Source: Takakia lepidozioides (lineage: Eukaryota > Plantae > Bryophyta). Taken from it: a stretch of 64,000 bases of DNA. The DNA is taken from assembly GCA_030704615.1 (NCBI GenBank), contig CM060733.1, positions 69,812,001-69,876,000 of the forward strand, read 5' to 3'. Positions 38,501-52,569 of this stretch are shown here, in pieces. The notes below the pieces were generated by a model, which was not told the origin of the DNA, made no database searches, and was given only the letters and a program-made list of their open reading frames with translations. The translations under genes were made by a program, and so were the position numbers. Position 1 is the first letter of the stretch. Each line of letters opens with the position of its first letter.

Positions 38501-41500
38501 GCACTGCAGCTGCTGTCAGAGTCCCTAGATGTGATCCAAAGTCCAGATTGGACACTATCTCTTGGGAGTGCTTTCTCAAGGCATTATGATCTCTATGTTG
38601 GAGACCATCAGCATTCGGCATTTTTACACAGGTGTGGTTGTTTCTAACACCAAGATCTAACTAATCAGCATATTCTTTTCAAATATTGAAAAGAGAAGAA
38701 GAGAAATGAAATAAAATGGTACTCTATAATGTCCACGGAAAGCTCAAAGAGCTTATGGACCAAGAGAAATGAAATAAAATGAAGTGGTACTTTATAACTC
38801 AGTGTATGGGACAGGAGGAAGAAAGAAACAAGAAAGAGAGAGGGGCCCTCCACAAGCAGCCCAAAAAGCAACTACTGCTGAAGGGAGATTGGGTATCACG
38901 GAATATACAATTGGATCTCCCACGGATCTCAATAGTAGAAAGGACAGTGACAGAAGCAATGTTCTTTCTATTTCCCTGTTGTTCCCAGCCCAAGTGGGGC
39001 ATAGGCGGACAGAATGAAAGAAAATTATTACGTCCCAAAGTGCCCAAGGGACATAAGTTTCACCACTGTGTGCTTCTCTGATTGCTGAATCAGTCAGACT
39101 GTCTTGGAAGCTGTGATTGAATGGGTTTTGGGTGTTTCATTTCCTTGCCATGAAATGGGGTTGTTCCTTGTTGACTTCCTAGGCCTGCTATTCCAATTTC
39201 AGATTGTCTTGGTTGTCTGTCTGTTCTCATTGGTTAGCCTGGTGTTCTTTCTGGAATGCACCCAACTTTGTTACCCTTTGAACTTCATTTACTTTGTATA
39301 GGGTTGTGGTGGAGCTCAGAAATGCAATCGCTTCTGTAGTTTGTTATTCCAATCTAGCGTTTTTCCCCTCCCTCCTTGGAAGATAGATGGATTGGACACT
39401 CATGATTAAAGTGCTGACTATAATTGCCTAACACAATGAAGTGGCTGGCAGATGCCTGGGCATGCTATTGCAGAAGGTTGATGAGAGGATTTACGTTCAA
39501 CAGAAGATCACTATCATGTATAAGCGTGCCAATGTTGCAGATGAGACAAACCGACTTGGTCTTGCCAAGGGCATGGGCCTGGTACAAGCCTTAGTGGTCA
39601 CATCCTTCTCTTTATGTACCAGTACATTTACAAATGCTCTATTTAGTTCATGTGTAAAAGATGTGGTTGTACTAAGAGCCGAGAGCCATTCTTAATTTCT
39701 TGTTGCTGGTGTTCCCCAAGTTAACACTGTGGTATCTTCAGGTTGCAGCCTCACATCTTGATACAGTGCTGGAAAAGCTGAGAAGAGTGTTGGAGAATCA
39801 AAGCCTAAAGGGATTTCGCAGGTGCATATTCCTCAGTGAATTGGCTGATTGAAGTCTGATGCCTGACTCCTGCCACTTTCTGTACTTGCTGTCTCTGTGC
39901 TCTCTCATTTGATTCTCAGATGGAGAAACTCTGATGACTTGTCATGCCTCGTTTAGCAGAATACTAGCCGTGTTCTTGGAGCAGCAGAATACCTCGGAGG
40001 TAGATGACGTGTGTGCTGCATTAGCCTTGATGTATGGGTACACTGCATCATATGCCCCATCAACGGCAATAGAAGCCCGGATTGAAACACTTGTGGTTAG
40101 TAAAGTGCTTCATAGCAGGTTTCGGAACCCTGTTTCTTGAATGGGTAACTTTGTAAAGCTCACCACCTTACTTTTCAAGGAGAAGATAGGTCTATGTTGG
40201 ATCTGGTGCATGGATTTCAAACATGCTGGAATTGGGATAGCTGCAGTGCTCAGGTTCTGTCCATGCTTCTATTAAATGTTGAAAGTAGCTTCAAAGGAAA
40301 TTGGTTTGGGCACCTGCCCTTGAAAGAAACGTTATGGTGAATACAGGGATTCATGAACTTAGTGGATGAATATAAGCCTTGAGCTTCTCAGAAAGAATTA
40401 TTTTTGGGATCAAGGGACATCTCAACTTTACAGAGTGAGTTGATCTTTCCTTTGGCCTTAGGCCTGAAGGGGAAGATTACTAAAAAATTTGTGTCAGGTT
40501 GTTAAGGAAATTACTTGCTCATGTTTGTCTGCAGGGGACCAACATGCTCTCGGGACTTCTTAATGTGAAGGCTGCAGCAGCTAAACAGGCGGTTATCACT
40601 GCCATCAATCTTCTAGGTTTGGATGTGTTTTTCTAAGTTCTTTTTATAACTTTTACGTGCTATGGAAGTGTCACAAATTGTTAACCTGTGGAGTGCTCTT
40701 CATAAAAATTTCAGGGCAGGCAGTGATCAAGGCTGCAGCCAATGGAGCATTTTTCCCATTGAAGAAAAGAGATACCATGCTGGACTACGTCATGGCTTTA
40801 ATGGCAAGCAAGGACTCTAAGTCTTTGGATGTAGAGTTCCTACATACACAGGTATGGACCCTATGATTCTGAATTATAATGCCAATGCAAACATGCTAGC
40901 TATCCTGGTCAAAGAGTTCTTGCCATGTATGAGTGCTTCTATTACTGTGATGGTTTAGATTTATTCCAAAAATTTGGATTTCTGACTTGCACAGGAACTT
41001 GCTTTAAATGCATGCACAACATTGGTGTCAGTTGAGCCCAAGTTGACAATGGTGACCAGAGACCATGTCCTTCAAGTACTTTTCTCCTCCCAAAGCTGCC
41101 TTTGCTGTAGAAGCATTTGTCTCCACCCTTCTATGAAATTGACTCTAGTCATGTTGCAAGGGATGTTGCTGGGTACCAGGAGCTACTCACGTGGGTTTTC
41201 TTATGCACCGTCTTAGGCAGTAATGTGGAGGAATGAAGTTGGTAAGAAAAATTCCAAAAATGCATGATGCAGCTCTTTGATCCTCAGTGCAAAGACAACT
41301 CTGGCCTCTTATTTAACAGAAGCATGTAGCTGGATCTGTAAGACCTTACACCATACTGAGGACCTGTTTGTCCTTGCCAGGCTACCTTGTGTTTCTTCAC
41401 TTTGCCAGCTGAATCAGTTGCTGTTGCTGATTCACTACTTTCCAACTTAACAACTTTGCTGTGTGCAATCCTGCTGACCAGGTACGGTTTTAGTTCTTAT

Positions 41501-44500
41501 TTTGGGGTTATTTATTGTCTAAGAAATGGAGAGGCTATGGAACCATTGGCTTGTGAGCATGTTAGTTCCGCCTCTGAGTGTGTTTTATGATGTGATGCTT
41601 GCAGAACGATACACTTGGCTAGCTAGCCTGATGTCAAATTACAATTTCCTGTGAGGGGTGCCAGTTCCATGTTTATTGTGATGAGTGGCAGTGTTTGTGC
41701 ATTGCAGTGGAGAAGATGGAAAGAGTAGGGCAGACCAGCTGCAGCACTTGCTGAAGAACCTGGATCAGTTTGTAACTTCATCAATAGTGTACCAAAGGCA
41801 GAGGGCTTGCTGTACAGTGCTGGCACTTTTGAAGCAGTTTCGAGCTCTTTGCACAGCCGGTAGCTGCCCCTTCAATTGCACTGGCAATTGCATGCACCTT
41901 CGCTCAACTGCAGATCGAGGTCAGAGCAGCTCTGCAGGTATTCAATTCTAGCTGCTCCTAAGGAACTGGAAGACCCACCATTTCCCCCCCCCCGGCCCCC
42001 AGTACAACTTCCCGGGTCATTGTGACATACTACACTTGCATGTCCATCAAATTGGAGAAGAGGGTGTTACAACAAACTGCGGGGACTAGGAGTTCAAGTG
42101 GTGTAACTTCTACATCTATTTCTTTCTTTTGGAAAGGGTAAAATGTACCATGAAATAAGAAAAGAGGTACAAGCACAGCTGTGGAATCAAATTGCCTACG
42201 AGACATACGTGATACATGTCTTGTGCCTGTTTTGAACTATCCCTTCACGTTTGCGTCTTTCTTGTTTTATCAAACATCCCTACCTTACAAGAGACTACTT
42301 GTTCTTTTAATTGTTTATTTGCAATCAATTAAGGGTTGGGTATCCTTCCAAGCATGACACAATGGGGCAAGGCCAGATGAGGGTATGTGCCATAGCAGAA
42401 AACCTCCTGTAAGCTCCCATATTTGTCTGAATTGTCGTTTGAGTATTGTAGTAAAATCAAATTCATTGTCATTATTTTTGCAATGGGTTCTTAGTTTAAG
42501 CTGACGAATTTATCAATCTTTTGTTTCAAACAGCTCCCCCTCTCTTGCCACCACGTGAAGCTTTGAAGTTAGGGGAGAGAACAATGACTTATCTTCCCCG
42601 CTGTGCTGATATATCTTCAGAAATAAGAAAGGTCTCCACCCAGGTATAGGCCCCCTTGAATGCATTTTTAGCTACAGATGAATTTCTCCTTCATACTACA
42701 GAAATTTCACTTTTGTGCACTGTTCAAGCCATTGTGAATTCAAGGTCTCCCTACATTTGAGGGGCAAATCGAATAAAGCAGTAGCTTTCCTGTGTGCCTG
42801 GAGTTAAAGTTGGTAAGATGTGTAAGCAGGTGTTGGATATGTTCTTCAGTATCTCATTGCTGCTGCCGAAGTCGGTTGGGTCGGAAGCTTCTGAGAATCG
42901 ACAGGCTTCCTATGCTGCCTTGTCGTCTTTGGAGGAACTCATTGCAGTTACCAACTGGGTAAGAGGCTCCTCTCTTGTTAGACTACACGACACTAAGAAT
43001 GGTTTCTAACCTGTCTAGGCCACCTCCTGCCTGTTTCTTGGCCTTCGAAAACCTTAATCTGCCATGCCTGGCCTCCCTAGTAGCAGCCCTCAGCTTATTT
43101 CTTACTGCTTTCTGTAGCTTTCCTGCTACCAAACATGCCTACTACAATAAACTTATGTCTTACTTCTGCAACAAGCTGTTTGGCTCATTACAGATTTGCA
43201 TGTTCTCTGACAGGCGGCACCTGGTGCGGAGGGGAATGTGTTGCGCAGTGTTTTGGAGTCTGTTGGATGTCTGCTAACAACGGAGGAGGTAATCAGAATT
43301 GACAATAATGTCTAAATGTGTAGCATATGTGCAAGAGCATGGGTTTAAATGTCCTACTTTTGTGCTGGCATCATTGGTTGATATGTTGATCAGCTCTGCA
43401 GCTGACTTATTCCTTGGTTTTCTGTGGGGATGGGAGGTATAGCTGGTTGCAGCCCTAAGAGGGTGCCGTGCGGCCATTTGTGACAAGGTTTCTCAATCTG
43501 CACGAGGATCCATCATTGCTTTCACTGAACTCACTGTCAAACGAGGAAGTGAGCTGCGTGAGGGAGATGTGTCTAGGTAAGGAAGTCTTTGTGCATTCTG
43601 CTTTCAGTTTTAAAATGTTTCCTCTGGTATCTTGTTTACACTAGTAGTTGATTGACTACAGAGGTCACCAGAATCCGTCCAACTCTGTGGTCGACCCTCA
43701 TTTGTGTTTACAGTAGAGTTGACCTTAATAATTGATGGTGGGCCTGGGCTCTTGCCAGACATTGTGTTGTGCTCTAAAGTTGCTCTTAATATAGGTCTAC
43801 AAACTCACCGGAAGCCTTGCAAGCTATGGTCGAACAATAACAGTAGTCAACTACTTCCCATAGTCGACTACCAGAGATAGTCCAGTTACCCCTTGCGAAA
43901 GGGGTGCCCATTGTAATTTTTTTGGAGTAAACTCCAGGCTCTCTACCTCTCATGTAAACATGCTATGACGGTTATCTTTGTGTTGCTGGAAGCATGCTAA
44001 AGCAAGGGTGGGGGTGAATTGCAGGATCACGCAGGCTTTGTTTGCTTCTGCAGCATCTGTAGGTGATAAAGCAATATGTGATCTAGTGCTAGCAGCTGTA
44101 TGCACCTCTTTGCCTTCTCTTGATTGGGAGATAAATTAGTGACTCTGAAATCATCTCAGAGATGCAAAGAGAAAAATCCTTGGGAATTTCATCCGGCATA
44201 AGGCGACATATATAATAGATGCAGGGAGGAGAGTCAAATTAACCAATTTTTTTTCTATCGACCAGCAGTTAATGGTTTTCACATTCCATCTCAGGATAGG
44301 ACCTTTGTAGGTGGGTTGGTTTACACTACATTGTAATCCATGGTATTGGTGCCTAGAGTTTGCTGGGCTTAACCACCTTTCCCTCGTTTTAAGGCTTCAT
44401 TTGTGGTGTCAAGATGTGCTGTCTTGCAGAACATGCACAAGCAAGAGTGGTGTTCGATGAAGTACTGGCTGATGCAGTAAAGGTCTCAAAAAATGGGTCA

Positions 44501-47500
44501 AAGCACAGAGGAGGCTGGCCAGTCCAAGAAGCATTTTTGGTGTGTTTGCTAATTCCTCCTGAGCAGATCTTTAAACTGGGCTTGCATAAGGTTATACTTG
44601 TCAATCAGCATTGAACGGCAAAACACAGGAGTGACAGATGCCTGCTTAGAAAGCTGATACCCTAAATACTCGCTTGGACCTAACATTCACATTGTTTCCT
44701 GTGGTGAGGTCTTACTGAAAGCCACAATTCTTCACAGCATAGGGAAATTTAAACACTCTAACCCCTATTGCATAAGGTTAAATCTGTGAAGTGACATTGA
44801 GGCGAAAAAACCGATGGAAAGCCAAATGCCTGCTTGAAGATATTCTATACACTCTTTTGGGTGTAGAATTGATGTTGTCACTTCCTTGTGGTTAGGTTCA
44901 ACTGAATTCCACAATTGTCAAAGAAAACAAATGTCAACTTCAAGCTGTAATATTTGGTTGCTTCATGTATTTACCAGTGAGCTCCTATGCACTTTGGAAT
45001 GTGTCACACATTCCATGGGACACAAAAAGATTTCTAACATCTGCAATTCCTTTGTCTCTAGACTTGCAATTCTATAGACCTGCTTCGGTGCTGTATGATA
45101 TGATGGAAAAATGAACTTTGGGTTTGAGTGGGCAGGCCATTGCACACAATGAGGTATTGTCACTCCCCTTTCTGGAGCATATGGTCCGTATCCTCGACCA
45201 GGTACCTGTCTACAGTGATGATGATGTTGATACTGCTGACTCCACTGCGCGCTCATCTCCGTCCCACATTTTGAACCAACAGCAGGCAGCCACCCTCACC
45301 CTTGGAACTATCTTCAGGTATGTCATTACCATTTGTGTGGCATTGTTCCGTGACAACTGATGAAACACATGTCATCATTGACGAATAGTAGATTCTGGAA
45401 CATATTGTCGCATCAGGTTTTGTTTGAAGGAGGATAAACTTAGCTCACTGACCCTAAATAAAGTTCCAGATTTAATGCTTAGCAACATAAGGAGATGATT
45501 GAAGTGTCAATGGAAAGGATAGTTTTCAGAAAGTCACATTTGTGGATGTCTCTCATGTCGCCAACTCACCAATGGCATCCAGGGTTGGTCCCTGACTTTT
45601 GGGAAAGGTGGGATGGGTCCTGATTGGTTCATGGCCTCTGTACAGAAGTGGAAATGTAGCCAGACTAGCAGTGGAGCAACGCTATGCACCAGTCCTATGT
45701 GCTTTGTTGTTGCGGATTGGGAGCTGCCATGGGATTGTCCGACTTGACACGCAACCACTTCGGTATACAGTTTTGGCATATGTGTCTCTCCTTTGCCAGT
45801 GTTATGTCCATTTCCGGTTTGTCAGAAGAGTAGATACTGCATCTTCCGTCGTCCATCTTCCATCTTGCCTCATCTATACAATTTATTTACGAATGATACG
45901 ATGTTCAGCACAGGGCAGCAGGTATTTCTAATCACGTTCTGGCTTCTTGGACTTTGGATTGCACAGAGATATTGTTCCAACCTTTCAAGCTTTCTGCGAG
46001 TGTGTGGGTGATGAAGACATGAGCAAGGTGAGGATTGCACGAAGACAAACCTTGCTTTGCAGAAAGTAGCCGTTAGGAGTCAAAGATGTAAACTAGCTTT
46101 GGTTTGAGGAGCTTGTGGAAGCATCATGTGTATTCGAGCAGTGTGCGGCATCATTAGTGAGCACTTCTCCTTTTATATGTATGAAGGCCTCTTGAAGCGG
46201 TGCACAATTATTCAGTAGGTCAATCTAGAATACAGGTGGGTATTGCGTGATAGATTATTGCATGCAAATTCAACTGGTTGACTATGTGGTTTGCAATTAA
46301 TGATAAAAGAACCAAATAATTTGTACTCTATTATTTTGATGACTCAATGTCAATGCTGACGTTGTGGGAGTGTGCTCCAAGGTAGGCATGTGCTCTCACA
46401 TAATGGAATTGGTATACAGCACTTAAGTATGCCCGTCCAAACTTATGCAGTGAAGATGAAATTCAGAATGATGATGTCCTTCGGTTCACATGGCAGTGAA
46501 GGAGGTCTTCCTACCTCCCAAGTACCAGGGCAGATAGTTTCTAGACCCCTGAGAGATCTCAATTTGCTAATTGTAACTGAGCATTGCTGCTGACTTCTGA
46601 AGTTACCATAGTGGATTCCCAAGCTTTGCTCCCACATCCACTCTTCAGTTAAGGGAGTGCATCAAGAACTAGAGTAGTTGGAAAGTGTCTGCTTTCCAGT
46701 TGTTGGAGTTTACCTGTATTCGATTCTGCAGGTGTTGGCAACAGATGGTGAGCAGCGGCTGAGCGGGGACCGCTGGACAGAAGCTGTTGAAGAGATTGTT
46801 TCCTGTTCGGCAAGGTCAAGACCACAAGAGGTAGCTCCATGATTATTGAACTCTGCATTCATTAGAGATGAATGAGTGCTTTACTGTAGTCACAATTTGA
46901 ACAAGACCGGTCTGTTCAGACAGTGTGTTGTGGAGTATGCAGATGAACGACATTTGCATGTTGCTGTGGCCAGCTTTGAAGAGGAGGCATGTCCTCCAGC
47001 GTGCGGCCGCTGCTGCAGCTCTATCTCAATATGTCCAGCATAGGTACTGTGGGTGTCCTTGAACAGCTGTCTTTCTTCACCAAAGTGCAATATGATGGTT
47101 AGGAATTGAGGAAAGTAGTCAATAAACAGCGCTCTCTTTGAACCTGCAGTGAAGGCGCAGATGTCCTTCTAGAACAGCTGGTGGGGGCTCTGAGTGCACA
47201 CATTGGTGATGAATCTGCTACAGTCCGGCGCTTGTGTGTAAAAGGCCTGGTTCAGGTGCACTAATCTATGCACCCAAGTTTGCTCTTCAGCTGGGATTGA
47301 AGCCTGTTTAGGGCGCTGTCCATAAGTCTGTGGATGTTTTACCTGGATTCTCATTACAATCCATGTCATTTTATCTGTGATTATTGGCTATCTTGGAGTC
47401 CTAGCATCAAGCCTATACTGCAATGTTGAGAGCTGGTCTTCTCTTTTTCTGCAGGCTCCCCAGAAAGGATTGGCAAAGTATGCATCTCAAGTGCTGAGTG

Positions 47501-49840
47501 TAATTGTGGCACTAATAGAGGACACAGAGGAGGAAGTTGCATTTGCAGCTGTACAGGGGCTAGCAACGGTAAGTCACTAAAGTTTGAAGCTGCAGTTTTA
47601 GTCATTCTGAGAACTTTGAACATTGTTTTCTAAATAGGATGGTTTGAATTTAGTTGTTGCTCACTTGATACAGGTCTAATGTGACTCTGACTTTCAGGTT
47701 CTCGAAGTGGTACCTGATGAGGTTGTGGCTCCTATGTTACTGAATTTGTGTGTACGACTGCGTTCTCTCCAGGCATGGGTGTTACCTGCAGGACTACTCT
47801 TTCATTTGTAGAATTCTCATGTATATGACACTGTTCATGTGCATCTCTTTGAAATTTATTCAACTGTTTCCCTGCCAGATTACCAGAAAGGAGAAATGGT
47901 GATTTTTCAAATGACTAATAAAAACCCTGAATCAAGATCAATAGTTTACCATCTTTCTATTTTGTCTGCAGACTTGCATTTGTACAGCTTGCGTGAAGTT
48001 TCACATGTTTTCTGGTGCTGATTTAGCAGACTCGCCAAAAGGAGAACATACGAGCAGCAGCATTTGCAGCTTTAGGATCTCTCAGCAGGTTTGCTACAGG
48101 TGTGCAGCTTGAGGCTTTTATGGAACAGGTTAGTCTACACGGAAACCTTGCTGTTGTTGATGCTCACATTTAAGCCTGTTCTACCTCAAATATGAAATGG
48201 AGCAATCCTACAGAAGCACTGCTTACATTTGCAGTCAAATTCTCTGCTCTGTTACTTCAGGGAAAGCTGAGATTCCATTCTCTTCATTGTGCTTTGCTTG
48301 GCATCACACTCAATATGTTAGTGTCAATAATGCTTGTCTGAGATGTATGGAATCATGGTGGGTGTCATGTGCTATGTGGTACTAGATCCATACAACATTG
48401 CCACGTTTGGTGTTTCACGCCAATGATGAAGCACCTTCAGTCTGCAAGGCTTGCAAGGTGCACCCAGCTTTTCTGATACTCAGTTCCTGTAATCTTGGGT
48501 TTTTCTGTCTTTATATACCAAAGTGATGAGAACTGTACATGTGACACTCATCTTTGATACATATGTACCGAGCTCAGCAAAGTTGCTTCATACTTTAGAG
48601 AAAGGAAAGACTGCTGGCCTTGTGATTCCACAATAGGGTGTTGGAGGTTAAATCTCTTTGCTATATGAAGGACAGCTTGATGACCTGCTTTGAATTTGTT
48701 ATGCAGAACACCTTAAGGAGGATTTCTCCTTTGCTCCATGCTCAAGATATGAGGGCGATGGTCAACTTTCGGACATTTGACTCTGACAATAAGTAAGCAG
48801 TTGCAGCTTATGACAGACAGATAACCAGAGACTTGAATTCACGTTTTTGTCATTGTTGTGGTAGTAATCGTCTTTACAATGAATTATGGGACTCTGTGCA
48901 GACTGGAGTACGATAAGTTCCTCAAAGATTTTGCAAGGCATCTTGTGCTACAATTCCGTGAGCGTGCTGACACCTATATCACATCAACAATTCAGGCAAG
49001 TTGGGGATCTGGACGAAAGGAAAGTGTAGATTGTGCAAGATATTAAGCAAAGAGCAACAGATGTGCTCTTAGTTGATTAAGTGCCTTCAAAATATGGTCA
49101 CACTCATTGGATCTGTTGTTTTTGGGTGGCATGGTGCAGGCATTTGAGAGCCCCTGGCCCTTAATTCAAGCAAATGCAGCCTACTTTTCAGGATGCCTCC
49201 TGTCTGAATTACATGACACAAAACCCTTGGCACTTTACCTGCCACAGGTATCTGGCATACCTTGTTTGCATTCAACAAGTATAATGAAGTGGCAGTTATG
49301 TTGTCATTACTTGGTAGGCTGATGTAAAGTTATGGTATCTTCAAATGCATCTAAAGATCATCCAGAGCCTGCAAGGGACACCGTGGACCACTGGCAATAC
49401 AGTGTGATCTTTCAGCTAGATGCTGTCAATGCATAGCCATCATGAGGTCTTCAGTCTTCCTGGAACTCCCATCAACTGCACCAAATGCTTTGCACAAAAT
49501 TATGCCCCTACACGGGAGGTTAAAGCATGCATGGATATTAAGATATTCAAGGTATTCAAGTGCCTTCATATCTTCTGGAGCTCACTGAAGTTCATAGTAT
49601 CAAATGTATCCCCCTATGTAGGTTCCTTGGTAGGAACCTATCATCATACAAAAGACTTGTCTGGGGTGAGGGCGGAGGTCACAAATCCTTTACTACTTTC
49701 TAATGACTTTTGCTGGCATGCATCAGGTGACAGGCGCACTGGTAAGGATGACAGCAAATGCTCCGAGTGCTACTGTTCGAGCAAAGTCTACTCTAGCTTT
49801 GTGTTTGCTCTTGAATGAAATTGAATCATCCACCTCGTAA
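29569..49840 (+). CDS. SGR6: SHOOT GRAVITROPISM 6-like HEAT/maestro-repeat protein (~51 exons)
   Basis: Spliced exons give [119 protein letters not shown]-like ([10 protein letters not shown]), [16 protein letters not shown] and [13 protein letters not shown]. These match my recollection of Arabidopsis SGR6. All exons traced join in frame to the stop at 49838-49840. Confidence 0.92.
35064..35373 (+). mobile_element. tRNA-derived SINE with (TC)n tail (in an SGR6 intron)
   Basis: Starts GCATCC, with A-box-like TGGCCCACTGG and B box TGTTCAAAGCC, then a structured 3' region and a (TC)n tail. Homologous to 22760-23041. Confidence 0.85.
35384..35458 (+). mobile_element. Short LINE 3'-tail insertion into the SINE (TC)n tail
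   Basis: CCGCTCAAACTGGGCGCGGGGTCAATGGCCACAAGGCTACGGCAAACAACGTCTTATGAGTACA is near-identical to the reverse complement of ~10087-10151. It is flanked by an 18-nt duplication TCTCTCTCTTTTGGGATT (35366-35383 and 35450-35467). Confidence 0.85.
36606..36678. repeat. Degenerate pentanucleotide microsatellite (TAGTA/TATCA/TATCG)n
   Basis: Visible low-complexity tandem run in an SGR6 intron. Confidence 0.7.
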
Positions 49841-50442
49841 CTACTTTACCAGACTCTAAGCAACTTCAGTAACTCATTCATGTGTTATTTCTTCTTTCCG
49901 TTCATGGATTTGGCAAACGTGATACACAAAGGCAGGATCATATCACTTGCTCAATGACAGCTTGGGTCAACCACATGAAGCCATGGTAGCAGCAAGTGTG
50001 TGAACTTGTGTGTGGAAAGTGACTAGAGCTTCCCCCAAGGCAGCCAAGATTACCATCAAGTTACAGGGTGGACGCCACTGGTCTGCCTGGAACTGGAGTG
50101 TCTCCAAGTGGGTAGCTAGCATCCAAGACAGGCACTGACTCTACTGCATCACACTGTACTCAAGTCAGCCTGAGGAAACTGTGAGAAGATGTAGGATGGA
50201 GATGATTTGAGAGAGCATTGAGAACATGATGCATGGATACTGATACGTACAACTGCTGCATGCTTGTCACATGAAATGTGCATGGTAGTTAGGTGCCGAA
50301 GTCCCTACGGTCCCTATTGAACAGCCTGATGCACAACACAGGTGACCAAGAACATTACTGGGTTGAGCCCCCAGTACAGCTCTTTGCTGCTACATTAATG
50401 ATGATTCAATGTACCCTCCCTCAAAGCTGCAAACAGCTATTA

Positions 50443-52244
50443 CTACCTCTCGAGCTTTGGTCTCTTCAGAGCACCTTGCTCAGTGTTGGAAGGTTGTTTG
50501 CCTCCTGTTGTCGGTTCCACTTCAACAGCCAGATCTGCTGGTGCCTGGCTGCCATCTGCCCCTGGGGCTACACTCGGCACTATGATTGGCAGAGAGGAGG
50601 AGGAGGTGCTGGAGGTAACTGAACCCACAATCAATACCACCACAGTATCGGTGTCACCATCCTAATGTATTCCTCTCCAGATTAATTTGATGCTTTTGGT
50701 CATTGAAATAATGGAGTCCTGATGGAGATGAGTCAAGAAGAATATCATTGGGGACTAAAACAGATGTGTCAGTACATTAATAGTGCAGTAGAAGACACTT
50801 ACTTCTATCAGACTCTATAAGTTCCCCTGTTGCACACACAATGCAATGGTTGTCCAGTATAGGTTCCACCATTCCTTTGAGACTGCAGACCAATGAGTGA
50901 CTTGATGTGAATGCCCTAAGAGGATGAGTGTCATTCATTCAGTTGATTATGTTGAGCTACAATAGGAGGTTTAATAGATTACCTTCCGCATGAGGCCAGC
51001 CAATATTGAATCAATGCGCACTTCCTTCACATCAACCAACTTGTCAGCTGATTTCTTTCCAGAGTTATCAGATGCAACCTTGCCTCCAGGTTTCCAATAT
51101 CATTATCAGTATCTGCCAAGCCACCCCCGCCCTCAGTCAGCCATCGTGATACTCCTAAACTTCGTGGAAACTATAAGCTTTCAAGTTAGTACCTGCTATC
51201 ACAGCAAAGTCGTTGATATATACGCTGTTAGCATCAGGAGTAATTATATCAAAGGAGAACTACTTCTGCATCGTCATCGCTCTCAAGTGCTCAACAGTAA
51301 TTGAATTTTGATCCCAAGGTGTAGAAAACCAAGCAAGTAAACCACTGTGTAATAAGGTATGCTCACCATAACCAATTTTCTCGAGCTTTGTGGCAGCCTG
51401 TGAAAATGCATTGGAAATATGATACAGTGATCTTACCTGCAACACCCCATGATGCCAAACAAAAAAGATAAGGTGCCCAGGACAGACTTGAAGGATACAC
51501 ATGTTCGTCTGGCTCATTCGTCCCTCCACCATACACCAGCGTGTGGGGGGGGGGGGGGGGGGGGGTTCCCCTAGGTGCAGTCTTTGCATCTCCACAGACA
51601 ATTGCTCTCTCAAGCACTGTGAGTCTCTCAGACAGAATTCCAAACAGAATGACGTTCCTAATAGCGCATCGCAAATATCCTGCGCGGCAATAACAGCACT
51701 GCTTACACAAAGGGTTTATGAACGTACAACACGCGAGCCGATGACATTGTAAAGTTGAGGGGCCTGGTAGATTGAGCCATCTAGGACATAATAGGCAGCG
51801 ATTCCCGTCACTTTCTCAGGGCCATCACGTTTCTGCTTGCGAATAACGAAGAGGTGTGGCTCCTGCGCTTCCTGCAATATGTACTCCATGCCAGTCTTCT
51901 TCCTGCACACCATCTCACGTTTAACATTCTCCTGTGAGAAAGACGGACGTTGTGACAGAATTACGCGTCAGCTTCTCACAAATGCAATGTACACAGCCAA
52001 AAACCTCAAACAGAATAGGGAGGAGAACTCACGACAGATGTGCGAGGTCAAGGGGGTGGATGGACTCCATTCGCAATTTCTCATTGGAACAGGATCTATC
52101 GTAGAAGGGTGAGAGTGCAAAGTAGTCAAACACAAGGTTACGGTCCAGTGGATATACACTCAGCCACAGCTGATCTCTAAAACTTATACTCGTCATCTCT
52201 GTGCCTGGGGGGCCACCTTCCATTGCTTGTCCGACCCCTGCCAT
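50443..52244 (-). CDS. MED6: Mediator of RNA polymerase II transcription subunit 6 (two apparent frameshifts in the 3' exons)
   Basis: Exons 52244-52033 ([27 protein letters not shown]), 51902-51728 ([33 protein letters not shown]), 51436-51367 ([17 protein letters not shown]), 51112-50983 ([11 protein letters not shown]) and 50618-50443 (LPPAPPPP...KRPKLER). Exons 4 and 5 each need one extra base to stay in the homologous frame. Confidence 0.9.
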
Positions 52245-52560
52245 TCTCACCCTCCTCCTGCACACTGTCTGCCTCAAGATAACCCACACACATGAGCGTC
52301 CCTGCAATTTTGGTAGGCAATCGAAGGACGCAGAGAACACGGGCTGGACGCGTCCTGGCTAGAGAACGGTGAGGGGAAGACCTTTGCAGCAGCTCTGACT
52401 GCACTCCCCGGGAGGCGCTGCTAGGACCAAGCATAGATCCGATAACCTTGTTTCACATACGTCCTTGAAACTTGGCATTTGAAGGAGATCCGCAGTTGCA
52501 GCTGTCCTCAAAAGAGATGCCCATGCGCTTGGGTTAGATTCTCGCACCCTCTCAATCTTT

Positions 52561-52569
52561 AAACCCTAA
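52561..52569. promoter_or_regulatory. Telo-box (AAACCCTAA) upstream of MED6
   Basis: Exact motif ~320 bp upstream of the ATG. It is a short motif and could occur by chance. Confidence 0.35.

Noticed and set aside
43643-43856. Possible MITE with GTAGTTGA/TCAACTAC ends in an SGR6 intron
   Set aside because: The inverted repeat is short and interrupted, and no convincing TSD was found.
51488-51500. U12-type donor-like GTATCCTT on the MED6 strand
   Set aside because: It lies inside intron 2, whose flanking exons join in frame through ordinary GT-AG sites.
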